Part shown: positions 1 to 12,869 of the stretch, one piece after another
Layout of the letters: each line of letters starts with the position of its first letter
Numbering within the stretch: position 1 is the first letter of the stretch
From: Octopus sinensis
Lineage: Eukaryota
Direction of reading: 5' to 3'
Assembly: GCF_006345805.1 (NCBI RefSeq)
Contig: NC_043023.1
Location: forward strand, 6,448,001 to 6,512,000
Length of the DNA: 64,000 bases
Notes under the pieces: generated by a model
Databases searched by the model: none
What the model was told of the DNA's origin: nothing
The model's input: the letters and a program-made list of their open reading frames with translations, nothing else
Position numbers and translations under genes: made by a program

Positions 1-613
1 TCAGGCCTTGTGCCTAGACTAGAAGAGAATATTTATATACCTGTTTGCCACATAGGTCGCGTTTCCTCTACGACTTTTAATGGTTAGAAATCGTCTGGTA
101 ATTGCCGTTTGAATGGACATTTTGTTTTCACAATAAAACACATACTGCTAGGTTTGAACCCCCCCCTCGAGACTCAACTACCCTTTAGCTGAAAAATACA
201 GAATACCTCATCATCATCATCCTCGTTTAGCGTCCGCTTTCCATGCTAGCAGGGGTTGGATGATTTGACTGAGGACTGGCGAACCAGATGGCTGCACCAG
301 GCTCCAATCTAATTTGGCAGTTTCTACAGCAGGATGCCTTTCCTAATGCCAACCACTCTGAAAGTGTAGTGGGTGCTTTCAAAGTGCCACCGGCATGAGG
401 GCCAGTCTGGCAGTACTGGCAATGGCCACCTTCAAATGATGATTTTTATGTGCCACCTGCACAGGAGTCAGTACAGTGGCACTGGCACAAAACAGCGGAA
501 TTTTGTAGCGGTGTTAATGAAGATGTGTCAATTTAATGTGTTAAACTTATCTTTATAAATGTATATCAAATTATATATACAAGATTATATATATATAGAT
601 ATATACAAGATAT

Positions 614-778
614 AGGCGCAGGAGTGGCTGTGTGGTAAGTAGCTTGTTTACCAACCACATGGCTCCGGGTTCAGTCCCACTGCGTGGCACCCTGGGCAAG
701 TGTCTTCTACTAATATCTTCAGGCCGACCAAAACCTTGTGAGTGGATTTGGTAGATGGAAACTGAAAGAAGCCCATCA

Positions 779-824
<46 letters not shown>

Positions 825-1048
825 TGTGTGTGTTTGTGTGTCTGTGTTTGTCCCCCTAGCATTGCTTGACAACCGATGCTGGTGTGTGTGTTTATGTCCC
901 CGTTACTTAGCGGTTCGGCAAAAGAGACCGATAGAATAAGTACTGGGCTTACAAAAGAATAAGTCCCAGGGTCGATTTGCTCGATTAAAGGCAGTGCTCC
1001 AGCATGGCCGCAGTCAAATGACTGAAACTAGTAAAAGAGTAAAGAGTA
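614..1048 (+). mobile_element. tRNA-derived SINE family A (representative). Other copies ~1690-2087, 2720-3095, 11740-12375, 21600-21995, 22640-23070, 27777-28080, 29270-29660, 30066-30485, 31005-31420, 36705-37118, 54898-55290, 61305-61640
   Basis: Head AGGCGCAGGAGTGGCTGTGTGGTAAG (A box) ...GGTTCAGTCCC (B box), internal (TA)/(TG) tract, tail ...TGACTGAAACAAGT(AAAAGAGT)n. Confidence 0.9.
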
Positions 1049-1322
1049 AGATTAACACAGATATAAGTGTTAGAACCTGTGCTCTGACCGCAGACCTTGC
1101 CCACTGCACTAAAAACCTTCCCCACCCCTGCTGTAGGCTATTTTGTTTGAACTACATAACTTGGGTTTACCAATTTGTTCCCATGTTTTCTTATTTATGA
1201 TTGTGATACCACTTTCTGTGTATAATTGCACTCTGACACTAGTGTTTACAATTGTCACATGACTACACTAACACCACCACCACCACTACTACTTGTACTA
1301 CTACTCAAACAACAATACTTAC

Positions 1323-1428
1323 GTAGGTTGTGGTTCTCCACTGGCCTTGCATGGAAGGTCCACAGTCTCTAACTCTGTAAATAGTACCAGGGCACGTGGG
1401 TTGATTACCATCACAGGCGGCTGGATAC
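1323..1428 (-). CDS. Ig-superfamily (L1/neuroglian/hemolin-type) gene, left copy, coding exon 2 (start of Ig1); gene continues beyond the left edge
   Basis: 106-nt exon with CAG acceptor (1429-1431) and GTAAGT donor (1317-1322). Phase 1 to 2; encodes GIQPPVMVINPRALVLFTELETVDLPCKASGEPQPT; identical to 22264-22369. Confidence 0.85.
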
Positions 1429-2217
1429 CTGTAATAGAAAGTGGAAAGGAGAGGATCACTATGGTTGTGTAGTTATGTGTTTGAATCCCGAACATGTCAT
1501 GTCAGGTTCAATCCCACTGCAAGACAACTTGCACTGGTGTCTTCTCCTATAGGCCTGAGATGATCAAAGACTTTTGAGTTGATTTATTAGACAGAAACTG
1601 AAAACAGATCATTGTGTGTTTGTGTGTGTATGTGGTGGAATGTGTGTGTGTGTGTGTGTGTGTGTGAGTGTGTGTATAAATATATATATTCTTTATTCTT
1701 TCTTTTATTCTTTTACTTGTTTCAGTCATTTGACTGCGGCCATGCTGGAGCGCCGCCTTTAGTCGAGCAAATCGACCCCGGGACTTATTCTTTTGTAAGC
1801 CCAGTACTTATTCTATCGATCTCTTTTTGCCGAACCGCTAAGTGACGGGGACGTAGACACACCAGCATCGGTTGTCAAGCAATGCTAGGGCGACAAACAC
1901 AGACACACACATACATATATATATATACATATATACGACAGGCTTCTTTCAGTTTCCGTCTACCAAATCCATTCACAAGGCATTGGTCGGCCCGGGGCTA
2001 TAGCAGAAGACACTTGCCGAAGGTGCCACGCAGTGGGACTGAACCCGGAACCATGTGGTTGGTTAGCAAGCTACTTACCGCACAGCCACATATATATATA
2101 CCGGAGTAAACACATAAATGTGAAACAAGGTGGAAAAAAAGAGTACTCAAATACCAGGGGTAGAGTAATATGCTTTATTTAAAAGCAGCTGGCATATCGG
2201 TTCTATTTTAACAAAAA

Positions 2218-2255
2218 CTGTCTGACGAACAGGAATGTGAAACTTCAAGTAACAG
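2218..2255 (+). ncRNA. Type I hammerhead ribozyme in a Penelope-like terminal fragment (mirrors at ~19290-19326 and ~21436-21472)
   Basis: CTGT-CTGACGA-ACA(GGAA)TGT-GAAA-CTT(C)AAG-TA-ACAG: canonical core with a GUA site. Confidence 0.75.
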
Positions 2256-2334
2256 GTTTGGTTGAATTCTGAAGCTTTTAAATGAAATATATATATATAT
2301 ACATACATTCATACATACATATGTAGATATATAT

Positions 2335-2374
<40 letters not shown>

Positions 2375-2687
2375 CTATGTGCCCTTTTCAAGCCTAGCCA
2401 GGCTCATGGGCCCAGTTTTTGTGGTGTATGTGTTCCCCCCAGCTGGACGTGATGCCAGTCCATCACAGCGTTACTCAAGAAACAGGAAGAGAGAGTGAGA
2501 GGAAGTTGGGGGCGAAAGAGTACAACAGGGATCACCACCACCCCCTGCTGGAGCCTCATGGAGCTTTCAGGTGTTTTCCTTCAATAAACACACACAACGC
2601 CGGTCTGGGAATCGAAACCGCAATCCTCTGACTGCGAGTCCACTGCCCTAACCACTGGGCCATTGCACCCCCACACACACAAACACT

Positions 2688-2722
<35 letters not shown>

Positions 2723-3481
2723 TATGGGCACAGGTTTGGCTCTGTGGTAAGAAATTTGCTTCCCAACAACCTGGTCCTGGATTCAGTCCCACTGAGTGGC
2801 ACCTTGGGCAAGTCTCTTCTACTATGGCCTTGGGATGACCAAAGCCTTGTGATTGGATTTAGTAGACAACAACTGAAAAATGCTCATTGCATATATGTAT
2901 GCCTATGTGCTTGTGTCTTTGATAACCATTGTTTGTATATTTGTCGCCTTGTAACTTAGCTGTTTGGCAAAAGGGACTTTTGGAATAAGTACCAGGCTTA
3001 AAGAAATAAGTACTAGGGTCAAGTCATTCAACTAAATTTCTTCAAGGCAGTGCCCCAGCATGGCCACAGTCAAGTGACCAAAACAATAAAAGATACATTG
3101 TGGAACTGTTATTTTAATGAGTTGTGTCTATTTATCACCCGACGAGATACATCTGCACCACTGGATACCTCTGAACCAGTTGTTGAGTGCTCTATCCACG
3201 AGGAATTAATATGCTAGATGTGTCGAAACAATTGTTGTGATTAATAATAAATTGTCATATATCCCATTTTCCATCTTTACATACATACATACAAAAATGC
3301 CCTGTTGTTGATGTTGAAATTCCAATGAAGGAGCCTTGGATCAAGGTTAGAAACTGGTTCATTCTCTATTGGCAAGAAATCTTGAAGTAAAACTAAAAAA
3401 TGACATGCCTACATCCATCCATCCAGTCATCCATCCATCCATATATACATCCATACATACATCCATACAAACATACATACA

Positions 3482-4143
3482 TCTATATATATAAAACTCA
3501 ACTTGTGTGTCTGTGTGTGTGTCTGTGTGTTTAACTTCCCGGCACATCTCCTCCTAGCCAAAAAATCATAGAACCACCAAAATGGGTCACTTAAAGTTTA
3601 GGCGAATGAAAATTGAACTGCGCTATTTCCGTTCCGAAATTCATCTCGCAAGTGCAAAATTCGATAATGTGTTTGTTTAGGCCTTATCCCATGCATTGAA
3701 TACTGAACTTTACTCAGTCAGCTGTTTGACGTGAATTGTGTTCACCATGCGTGCAAGCATGCGTAAATTGCATGAAAAATAAAAACGAATCGCTGTAAAC
3801 ATTGTAGAAATTCGGTAAAGAAATGAATTTTCGGGATGTAGCCTGGAGGGTTTTTTCGTATTAATCATTTGGACTTTGTGAACACATACCAATTGTTTTC
3901 ATAACATTTTTAACGCTTTGAATTAAATGTGACCATTTTGCATTGAGTCTGCAGTTTGAATCACTTTATCCAAATTTTAGCAGGCAGGATTTTTGATCAT
4001 CACGATACATCACCAGCAACACCCTGAAACTCTCCCCTGAAATCCCCGTTGAGAATTCTATTATATATATAATAATACTTTGAACGTGACTCCTGAGAAA
4101 GAGTAAAAGTAATTATCCGATGAACGATGGGTATTACTTCTAG
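3482..4143 (+). mobile_element. Non-autonomous Helitron-like element (partial mirror copies 17826-18052, 19568-20143)
   Basis: A|TCTATATATATAAAA 5' end and CTAG|T 3' end, no target duplication. Confidence 0.6.
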
Positions 4144-4173
4144 TATACATATATATAGAAGGATTAAACTTAC

Positions 4174-4234
4174 CTGAATAGACCAACCCAGCTACAGCAA
4201 CAAGGATAAAGATGGATAATGGGGAAATCTTCAT
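4174..4234 (-). CDS. Ig-superfamily gene, left copy, signal-peptide exon (whole exon 4174-4282)
   Basis: ATG at 4234-4232; MKISPLSIFILVAVAGLVYS+G, 61 nt ending in phase 1 at a GTAAG donor; polypyrimidine/CAG acceptor at 4283-4285. Splices in frame to 1323-1428. Confidence 0.8.
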
Positions 4235-4860
4235 AGTGTGTTTAGCAGGGTTAACTGTCTTGCTGTAGATTTATTGGGTTGTCTGAAAAAGAAAGAAGAA
4301 AATAAGGGTTACAGGGGTCAGTTAAAACATATCTCATACCTGATCCAGCAGACTGATGATGGAAGCTGTTCCATCCATGATCGGATTGTTGACTACAGTA
4401 GAGCATGATTTAAGGGAAATTAGGCTGTTACTTCTAGCATTTCAACCATAAACATCCTGTCATTTGTGTATATTCTGTTTACTCTTTCACTTGTTTCAGT
4501 CATGTGACTGTGGCCATGCTGGAGCACCACCTTTAGTCGAACAAATCGAACCCAGGACTTATCCTTTGTAAGCCTAGTACTTATTCTATCAGTCACTTTT
4601 GCTGAACCACTAAGTTACAGGGGATGTAAACACACCACCATCGGTTGTCAAGAAGCCAAAGATTTTAAATTAATGGAGACAACACTCGAATATCACCTGA
4701 TGAAACACATCTAGATCTCATTATGCAAACAAATAGTTGCATAATCAAATGCCTGTATTTTATGGAGAACCATGCTAGGTGGAATCAATTGTAGTGGTTA
4801 AAAAATAACTGACCAACTATACTCCTTCTTGTTGACCTCAATTTCTTCAATTTTATACAT

Positions 4861-4911
<51 letters not shown>

Positions 4912-5007
4912 TAAGTATATGTATACAAACATACAAATATATATATATATAGACTTAGATAAACTTAGATATGTTTCAACCAAAGATTGGTCCAGGCCAT
5001 GTCTAAC

Positions 5008-5151
5008 TTAATAGCACCACCTGATAGGATTATTTGAATCCTGTTTGAGTCAATTTTTGTTTAGGGTCCATTCAAGTAGTGAGTTGAATGGACCATAAAC
5101 AAAACTTGACTTAAACAGGATTCAAATAATCCTATCAGGTGGTGCTATTAA
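5008..5151. mobile_element. 144-bp hairpin MITE-like palindrome (mirror copy 16810-16953)
   Basis: TTAATAGCACCACCTGATAGG...CCTATCAGGTGGTGCTATTAA, nearly fully self-complementary, with TTAA at both ends. Confidence 0.75.
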
Positions 5152-5258
5152 TATATATATATATTTATGTATATAAGCATATACGCATATGTATACATAC
5201 ATTCAAATATATATATATATATATGTATATAAGTATATATGTATATGTATACATATAT

Positions 5259-5295
<37 letters not shown>

Positions 5296-6924
5296 ATAAT
5301 ATAAATAATATATAAACATATGCACATATACACACATATATGTACATACCTACATCTATATATGTATATATACATGTATATATGGGCACAGGACACGAAA
5401 AAAACGTTGAACACAATGAGAAACGAAAACATAAAAACAAAAACATGGAAACGAACTTTTTTTCAAACAACGAAAAAACAGAGTACAAGACATACAACAC
5501 AAGGAACATTCCCCTTCTTCAGCTGCCCCCGCTTTGACTACACCGTGTTTCGAAGATAAGGGCAAGACACGACTCCATTGAAACAATTCTTCCCGCAAAG
5601 CATATTAAATAAAATTTGGGATTTTTTGCGTCGGGGGTGAAAGTGGTAACAAGAACAGGGCAGTAAGAATAAAACAAGACAGTAAAAACAATAAAAAATA
5701 TAAACAGTAAAAGACAGGACAAGGAGAATAACGCAGTAAAAACAAATGATGAAGGCTGTTAAACCAAGACAATGGAAAAAATTATTGTGAAATAATAGGA
5801 GACAGCTTATGAAAGAGACAGGACAAGCTGGTCTGGTCTTGGTGAAGATAGCAGTCAGAAAGATGGCTTCCCTCTGATCTCCTGTCAATGAGTAGAGATT
5901 CGAGGAGGAGGAGGAGGAGTAAGAGACAGGGAACGTTGAGGGGAGAGGAGGAGAAAAATAGGGAAGGGTGGGAGAGAGAAGCCAGAAAGGATGAAGAACA
6001 GAGAGAGAGAGAGAGAGAGATAGACAGAGAAGAGATAGTGGAGATAGAAGAGTGCGCATTGTAATTAAAGATGAAACTTACTTGGAAAAGGATGTGTGGC
6101 GTTCGATCATATAATAATACAAATATTATATAAATATATGCACATGTACATATATATATGTACATACCTACATCTATATGTATTATACATGCATATATGG
6201 GTTCAGGACATCAAAAAATTGTTGAACACAATGAGAAACGAAAACATATATACAAGAGTTATAGAATGGGGTAGATAAGATCTGGGCTATATATGTTTCA
6301 TAGAAAGTGGAACCTCAGAAGTGGTAAATATTCAAGCGAGGGGTACACTGCAGTTTACTTTTCAGGCCAAGGATATCTTGATTAGCCCAGATTTTATCTA
6401 CTTATTCCGTAGCTCTGGTTGCCTACCGTGAAATATATAAAGAACTGTTTTCAGTTTACCATACTTCGATTATAAAAAAAATCAACAACTTTCCGTCTCC
6501 ATAAACCAATATTGTCCTTTATAGTTTTTTATTATATTTACTACAGTTTGCTTGAAGCTAACTTTCTTCCTACACCTTGATCCTTGGTTCTTGCATTTAT
6601 ATGTATATATATATGTATATATATACATATATATAGGGAGAGTTTATGAAAAAAACAAAAGACGAAGACAGGTGGTGTAGAAAACAAACAGATGTATTAG
6701 TATAACACTCGGGAATTGAAAAAGGCTTTGATATTTTGAGCCTACGCTCTTCTACAGAAAGGGACACAGAAAGAAACAAGGAGAGAAACAAGGAGAGAAA
6801 AACTGTGTGTAGTAGCTATCGATCTATCATGGCGAATGTATGTGTGTGTGTATGTTTGTGTGTGTATATATATATGTGTGTATGTGTGTGTGTGTGTTTG
6901 TGTGTGTATATATATATGTGTGTA

Positions 6925-6967
<43 letters not shown>

Positions 6968-7550
6968 ATATATATGTATATATATATATATACACATATG
7001 CATATGTATATATATTCCGCCGAGGTCGACTTTGCCTTTCATCCTTTCGGGGTCGATAAATTAAGTGCCAGTTACGCACTGGGGTCGATATAATCAACTT
7101 AATCCGTTTGTCTGTCCTTAGTTGTCCCCTCTATGTTTAGCCCCTTGTGGGTAGTAAAGAAATATATTATATATATATATACTACAAAATTAGAAAATGG
7201 AGAAACATACTTAAATCAATAAAACATCAACTATCAGATGATACCCAATCAATACTTTATTACACCATTACATATCAGTAAAGGCATTATACAAAATATA
7301 CAGTAAATGTAAATAGACAAAGAGATATAAGTATAAAATTTCAAATATAATATGTAATTAAATCATATCTGATACACACATAATGATGACCGTCCACTTG
7401 TGATCAAGGAAAACCACTACTGACTTTTAGGAAGATTTAACGCTCAAGACTATCTTATACTTTACACTTGCAGTTCTGTTATATATATCTTTTATCTTAT
7501 ATATTACGGAGATGTACTCGCATAGCAAGTAATTTGATCTGAGATCGTGT

Positions 7551-7979
7551 TGTAGCGTGGCAGTTTCAGCAATTGTGAAAAATGACTATAGCGATTGCTA
7601 ATATCTTCACTGTGTGAAAGGCGAGGCAGGAATGATCTCGTTTGAGGTTACAACCATCTTTGGTCAACCTGTTCTATTTCTAAACACTAATTTGATTGGC
7701 TGACAGGACACGAGTGGTCTCTACGTGTTTCGCGTCACGTGTCAATCAGTGACGCGGACCTCGTAGGGACCCTCGTGTCACATGTCACCCAGTGGCGCGA
7801 AACACGTAGAGGCCACTCGTGTCCTGTCAGCCAATCAAATTAGTGTTTAGAAATAGAACAGGTTGACCAAAGATGGTTGTAACCTCAAACGAGATCATTC
7901 CTGCCTTGCCTTTCACACAGTGAAGATATTAGCAATCGCTACAGTCATTTTTCACAATTGCTGAAACTGCCACGCTACA
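7551..7979. mobile_element. Foldback MITE, ~188-bp TIRs, 5'-TGT...ACA-3' termini (possibly Ginger-type)
   Basis: Near-perfect palindrome 7551-7738 / 7792-7979. It interrupts GAGATCGTGT|GCTGAAG with GTGT repeated on the right after 3 extra nt. Confidence 0.8.
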
Positions 7980-8138
7980 TTAGTGTGCTGAAGCGAAAAC
8001 AATTGCAGCGTGGAAGGTGTTTATAAGCCATTTAAGAAACACACAAAAAACGTTAGATTCCCTTCAACATTTAAGTTTAATTTGTCAAAATATTTTCGTC
8101 GCTAAAATCCGCGACCTGTTCACTGACAAAAATCCGTG

Positions 8139-9213
8139 CAGTGAACAGGTCGCGGATTTTAGCGACGAAAATTTTGACAAATTAAACTTAAATGTTGAAG
8201 TGAATCGAACGGTTTTTGTCAGTGAACAGGTCGCGGATTTTAGCGACGAAAATATTTTGACAAATTAAACTTAAATGTTGAAGTGAATCGAACGGTTTTT
8301 GTCAGTGAACAGGTCGCGGATTTTAGCGACGAAAATATTTTGACAAATTAAACCTAAATGTTGAAGTGAATCGAACGGTTTTTGTCAGTGAACAGGTCAC
8401 GGATTTTAGCGACGAAAATATTTTGACAAATTAAACTTATATGTTGAAGTGAATGGAACGGCTTTTGTCAGTGAACAGGTCACGGATTTTAGCGACGAAA
8501 ATATTTTGACAAATTAAACTTAAATGTTGAAGTGAATCGAACGGCTTTTGTCAGTGAACAGGTCGCGGATTTTAGCGACGAAAATATTTTGACAAATTAA
8601 ACTTAAATGTTGAAGTGAATCGAACGGTTTTTGTCAGTGAACAGGTCGCGGATTTTAGCGACGAAAATATTTTGACAAATTAAACCTAAATGTTGAAGTG
8701 AATCGAACGGTTTTTGTCAGTGAACAGGTCACGGATTTTAGCGACGAAAATATTTTGACAAATTAAACTTATATGTTGAAGTGAATGGAACGGCTTTTGT
8801 CAGTGAACAGGTCACGGATTTTAGCGACGAAAATATTTTGACAAATTAAACTTAAATGTTGAAGTGAATCGAACGGCTTTTGTCAGTGAACAGGTCGCGG
8901 ATTTTAGCGACGAAAATATTTTGACAAATTAAACTTAAATGTTGAAGTGAATCGAACGGTTTTTGTCAGTGAACAGGTCACGGATTTTAGCGACGAAAAT
9001 ATTTTGACAAATTAAACTTAAATGTTGAAGTGAATGGAACGGCTTATGTCAGTGAACAGGTCGCGGATTTTAGCGACGAAAATATTTTGACAAATTAAAC
9101 TTAAATGTTGAAGTGAATCGAACGGTTTTTGTCAGTGAACAGGTCACGGATTTTAGCGACGAAAATATTTTGACAAATTAAACTTAAATGTTGAAGTGAA
9201 TCGATAGGCTTTT
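8139..9213 (+). repeat. 83-bp tandem array, 13 units, each carrying a minimal hammerhead-ribozyme-like motif (first unit defective)
   Basis: Units start at 8218, 8301, 8384 ... 9131 (exact 83-nt period) plus a defective first unit at 8139. An inverted single copy lies at 8081-8130, and the flanks 8005-8050 / 9210-9252 are inverted repeats. Confidence 0.95.
8215..8264 (+). ncRNA. Minimal type I hammerhead ribozyme, G3:C8 core variant (representative of 12 intact array units)
   Basis: Stem I TTTGTCA/TGACAAA; core GTGAACA; extra G; stem II GTCGC/GCGAC; GAAA; palindromic ATAT; UU cleavage site after 8257. Confidence 0.7.
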
Positions 9214-9278
9214 GTGTGTTTCTTAAATGGCTTTAAAACACCTTCCACGCTGGAATGTTACATATATATATATATATA

Positions 9279-9330
<52 letters not shown>

Positions 9331-9336
<6 letters not shown>

Positions 9337-9580
9337 TAAATTAGAGACAAAACCACTATTAGGCCAAATCAAACAATGAAAAACTTAAGCCAATACATAT
9401 GATTAATTTATATTATTTAAATATATAACAAAATATTAAAAAAAATAATTAATATCACACTACGATCGTTTTTAATAATTTTGTTATATATTTAAATAAT
9501 ATAAATTAATCATATGTATTGGCTAAAGTTTTTCATTGTTTGATTTGCCTAATAGTGGTTTTGTCTCTAATTTAATATAA
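9331..9580. repeat. AT-rich ~250-bp palindrome within a (TA)n tract, probably an inverted Penelope-like terminal fragment
   Basis: 9331-9442 mirrors 9469-9580. The loop ends in TACGATCGTTT, the reverse complement of a hammerhead (G)AAA-CGATCG-TA segment. Confidence 0.7.
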
Positions 9581-10180
9581 TATAATATTTGACTATAAAA
9601 TTGGATTCAATCCTAAATCTGATTTTTCCCTGTAAGTTTAGATTTATTCCCTAATATTTATTATATATATATATATACACACACACACAGATATATACAA
9701 GTCTTTTATTGTAGCAAAAGCAAAAAATATAAAATACAAAGAAATAAAGCAAATACATACAGTATATTATGATTCCACATCAACAGGCAGCCATGTTTCC
9801 AAGTAGTGTTTGTAGTTAGAGAAATAACAAGAATGATTAATTAGTGGTTCGCAGAAACGATTAACCAGTTGCTTATAAGGGTAAACAACACAGAATGGGG
9901 TTACTGTCACAAATTGTTCTGCCAGACACGTGGTTAAGTACAAATAATTTAATGGTAAAAAAAAATAATAATCACTGCATTTGGCGATTAGAAGAAATAT
10001 TTACAAGTGGTAACAGATGCCTTCAGTTTTGATCAAAAGCAATCTCATGTTACTCACATTTTCTTAACTAATATTTTGTGGGTAAAAGACACCCCAGGGA
10101 CTGAAAGTCTTTTAGTTAGAACTGAAAAAATTGCGGTGGTCTTGCATAAGTGTGTAATGGTGTGACTTGAGTGAAATATA

Positions 10181-11469
10181 CGAGGGACGTTCAATAAGTA
10201 ATGTCCCTGACCCACTTCCCATAGCAGTAGAGCAACGAAACTTGGCACAGTTATTAGTCTTTTTCTACATGACTACCACCCAGAGTTACGCATTTCTCCC
10301 ATCGTTTGATGCAGCTCTGGATACCGTTTTTGTAGAAGACCCCAGCTTGGTCCTCCAACTGAACGTGACTTCAGAAATCAAGCTGCTGCATCATCTGGAA
10401 ACGCCTTCCTTTCAAAAAACAACTTCATGACTGGGGAGAGGTGGGAAATCAGAAGGGTGCAAGTCAGGAAAGTAGGGGAGATTGGGGAGGAGTTCATAGC
10501 CATACGCCTGTGCTCTGATCTGGCGACAGCGAGTTGTGGACCGGAGCGTTGTCCTGCAGGAGGAGGATGCCTTTGCTGATCTTGCCCCGCCTCTTGATTT
10601 TGATAACTTCTCTTAATTTCCTCAAAAGTGAAGCATAATAGGCTCCTGTAATTGTGGTACCCTTTGCCAGGAAATCTGTCATCACTACTCCGTCCTGGTC
10701 CCAGAAGACTGTGAGCATGACCTTGCCAGCGAGGGCTGCACCCTTGCCTTCTTTGGAGGGGGTGAGTCACGGTGCTTCCACTGCATTGACTGGGCTTTGG
10801 TCTCTGGATCATCGTGAGGGACCCAGGTTTCATCCTGTGTAATCAGTCTTTTGAAAAATTTTGACTCATCTCTTGGCACATCTCCAAATTCATCCTCGAG
10901 CACTCGACGCGTTCTTGCTTCTGGAAAGGCGTGAGCAACCTGGAATCCATCTGGCAGACACCTTTTGCATATGCAAATGGTCATGAATGATAGTTTCCAC
11001 AGACCCGGTACTAATCTTGACCTCATGGGCTATTTGGCGAATAATTATGCGTCGATCTTCCGAAATGGCAGCCTCAACTTGACGGACAGATGCCTCATCA
11101 ATGGCAGAAGCGGGGCGACCAGATCTGGGAGCTGTTTCCACAGAGTTCCGACCATGTTTGAATTCATGATGCCAGCGTTTTACAAGGTCATATGATGGGG
11201 CATCATCACCATAAGTTACTTTCATTTCATCAAAAGTCTCCCGTGGTGTGCGTCCTTTCAAATACAAAAACCGGATCACTGCTCGACACTCAACAGGCTC
11301 CATTTTACACTTGACTCAGTTCAAATACCTGTAAATCAGAAACCACAATTAGTTCAGAGCTGTAATTTATCACTTACTCTATAGAGATATAAATGATTGC
11401 ACATGCAAAATTTCAGCTAGATCAAACAACTGCAAGTGGGTCAGGGGCATTACTTATCGAAGTCCCTCG
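10181..11469 (-). mobile_element. Full-length (1289 bp) mariner transposon with a frameshifted transposase
   Basis: TIRs CGAGGGACGTTCAATAAGTAATG / CATTACTTATCGAAGTCCCTCG and TA target duplication. ORF pieces MEPVECRAVIRFLYLKG..., SARWIP, LITQDETW, LLQDNAPVH lie in three frames. Confidence 0.95.
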
Positions 11470-11969
11470 TACTGTCCTGTTTAAATTGATTTTCAAAATA
11501 TTGAACTATTATTTCTTATTACCCATATAAAGTGTGAAAAATGGTTAATGTTTCCTTCAAACTTTGCTTTTGTTACATTTATTCAAGCCCCAAAGATTCC
11601 CTCTTAACACATGGCTATGAAGCTCCCCCACTACTTCTGCTTGTGATCAGAGGTGCACATATTGTCAGCCACTAAAGGACAGGCGCAAGTCGTTAGGATC
11701 AAGCAACTGACAGGCAAATCTGTAGTACTCTCTTTACTTTCTCCTTTACTTGTTTCAGTCATTTGACTGTGGCCATGCTGGAGCACCGCCTTTAGTCAAG
11801 CAAATCGACCTCAGGACTTATTCTTTGTAAACCTAGTACTTATTCTATTGGTCTTTTTTGCCGAACTGCTTAGTTACAGGGATGTAAACACACCAGTATC
11901 AGTTGTCAAGCGATGTTGGGGGGAACAAACACAGACACACAAACGTATACACACACCACATATTAATAT

Positions 11970-12019
<50 letters not shown>

Positions 12020-12139
12020 TATTATATATAATATATATATAATATATATACAACTGGCTTCCTTCAGTTTCTGTCTACCAATTCATCACTCACAAGACTC
12101 GGCCCGAGGCTATAGTAGAAGACACACAAACATATACAC

Positions 12140-12223
<84 letters not shown>

Positions 12224-12224
12224 T

Positions 12225-12258
<34 letters not shown>

Positions 12259-12869
12259 ATGGGCTTCTTTCAGTTACCGTCTAGCAAATCCACACACAAG
12301 GCTTTGTTTGGCCCGAGGCTATAGTAGAAGACATTTCCCTAAGATGCCATGCAGTGGGACTGAACCCGGAACCCTGTGCTCAGTAGAATATTTGCTATAA
12401 TGATATTTATGCTTCAGTAACTCAGTGCTGAATCTGTAAGGTCAGTTTCAAAACATTGATGTCCAGCTCACAAAAGCAAATAGTGAAGGGAATAGTAGTC
12501 ATTTCCTTTGATTTCTAAATAGAAGCAAATGGGAAATAACACTTACTGACCATAGAGAAAAACAAAAATTTGTTACACAGTGTTATTGAGTCCACTGGAC
12601 TGGAGCTGACCTCAGGCTAAATACAAACAAAATGTAGGCCTGCTAGAAATAGCAGCAAATCTCCCCAAAGAGCATATATAGTCCACTTCATAGCCTTCAC
12701 CCACAAATGGCAGAACAGTCACATCTGGAGCAGAACTGTGTAATCCAATCAAAGCTGTTGCTGAGCAAACTGAAGTACTCCGAGGAGTAGTTCTTCTCAC
12801 CTGAGAAGATCTTTGCTGAAGGTTAAAAAGCGAACAGGAGGAAAGATATATCTCTGTACAAGCCAGACT

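Noticed and set aside
4798-7097. Numerous Tyr/Ile/Cys/Val-rich ORFs here and throughout the ORF track
   Set aside because: Translations of (TA)n, (TG)n and SINE sequence.
8139-9213. CRISPR array
   Set aside because: Units are full-length near-identical repeats with no unique spacers, there are no cas genes, and the context is eukaryotic.
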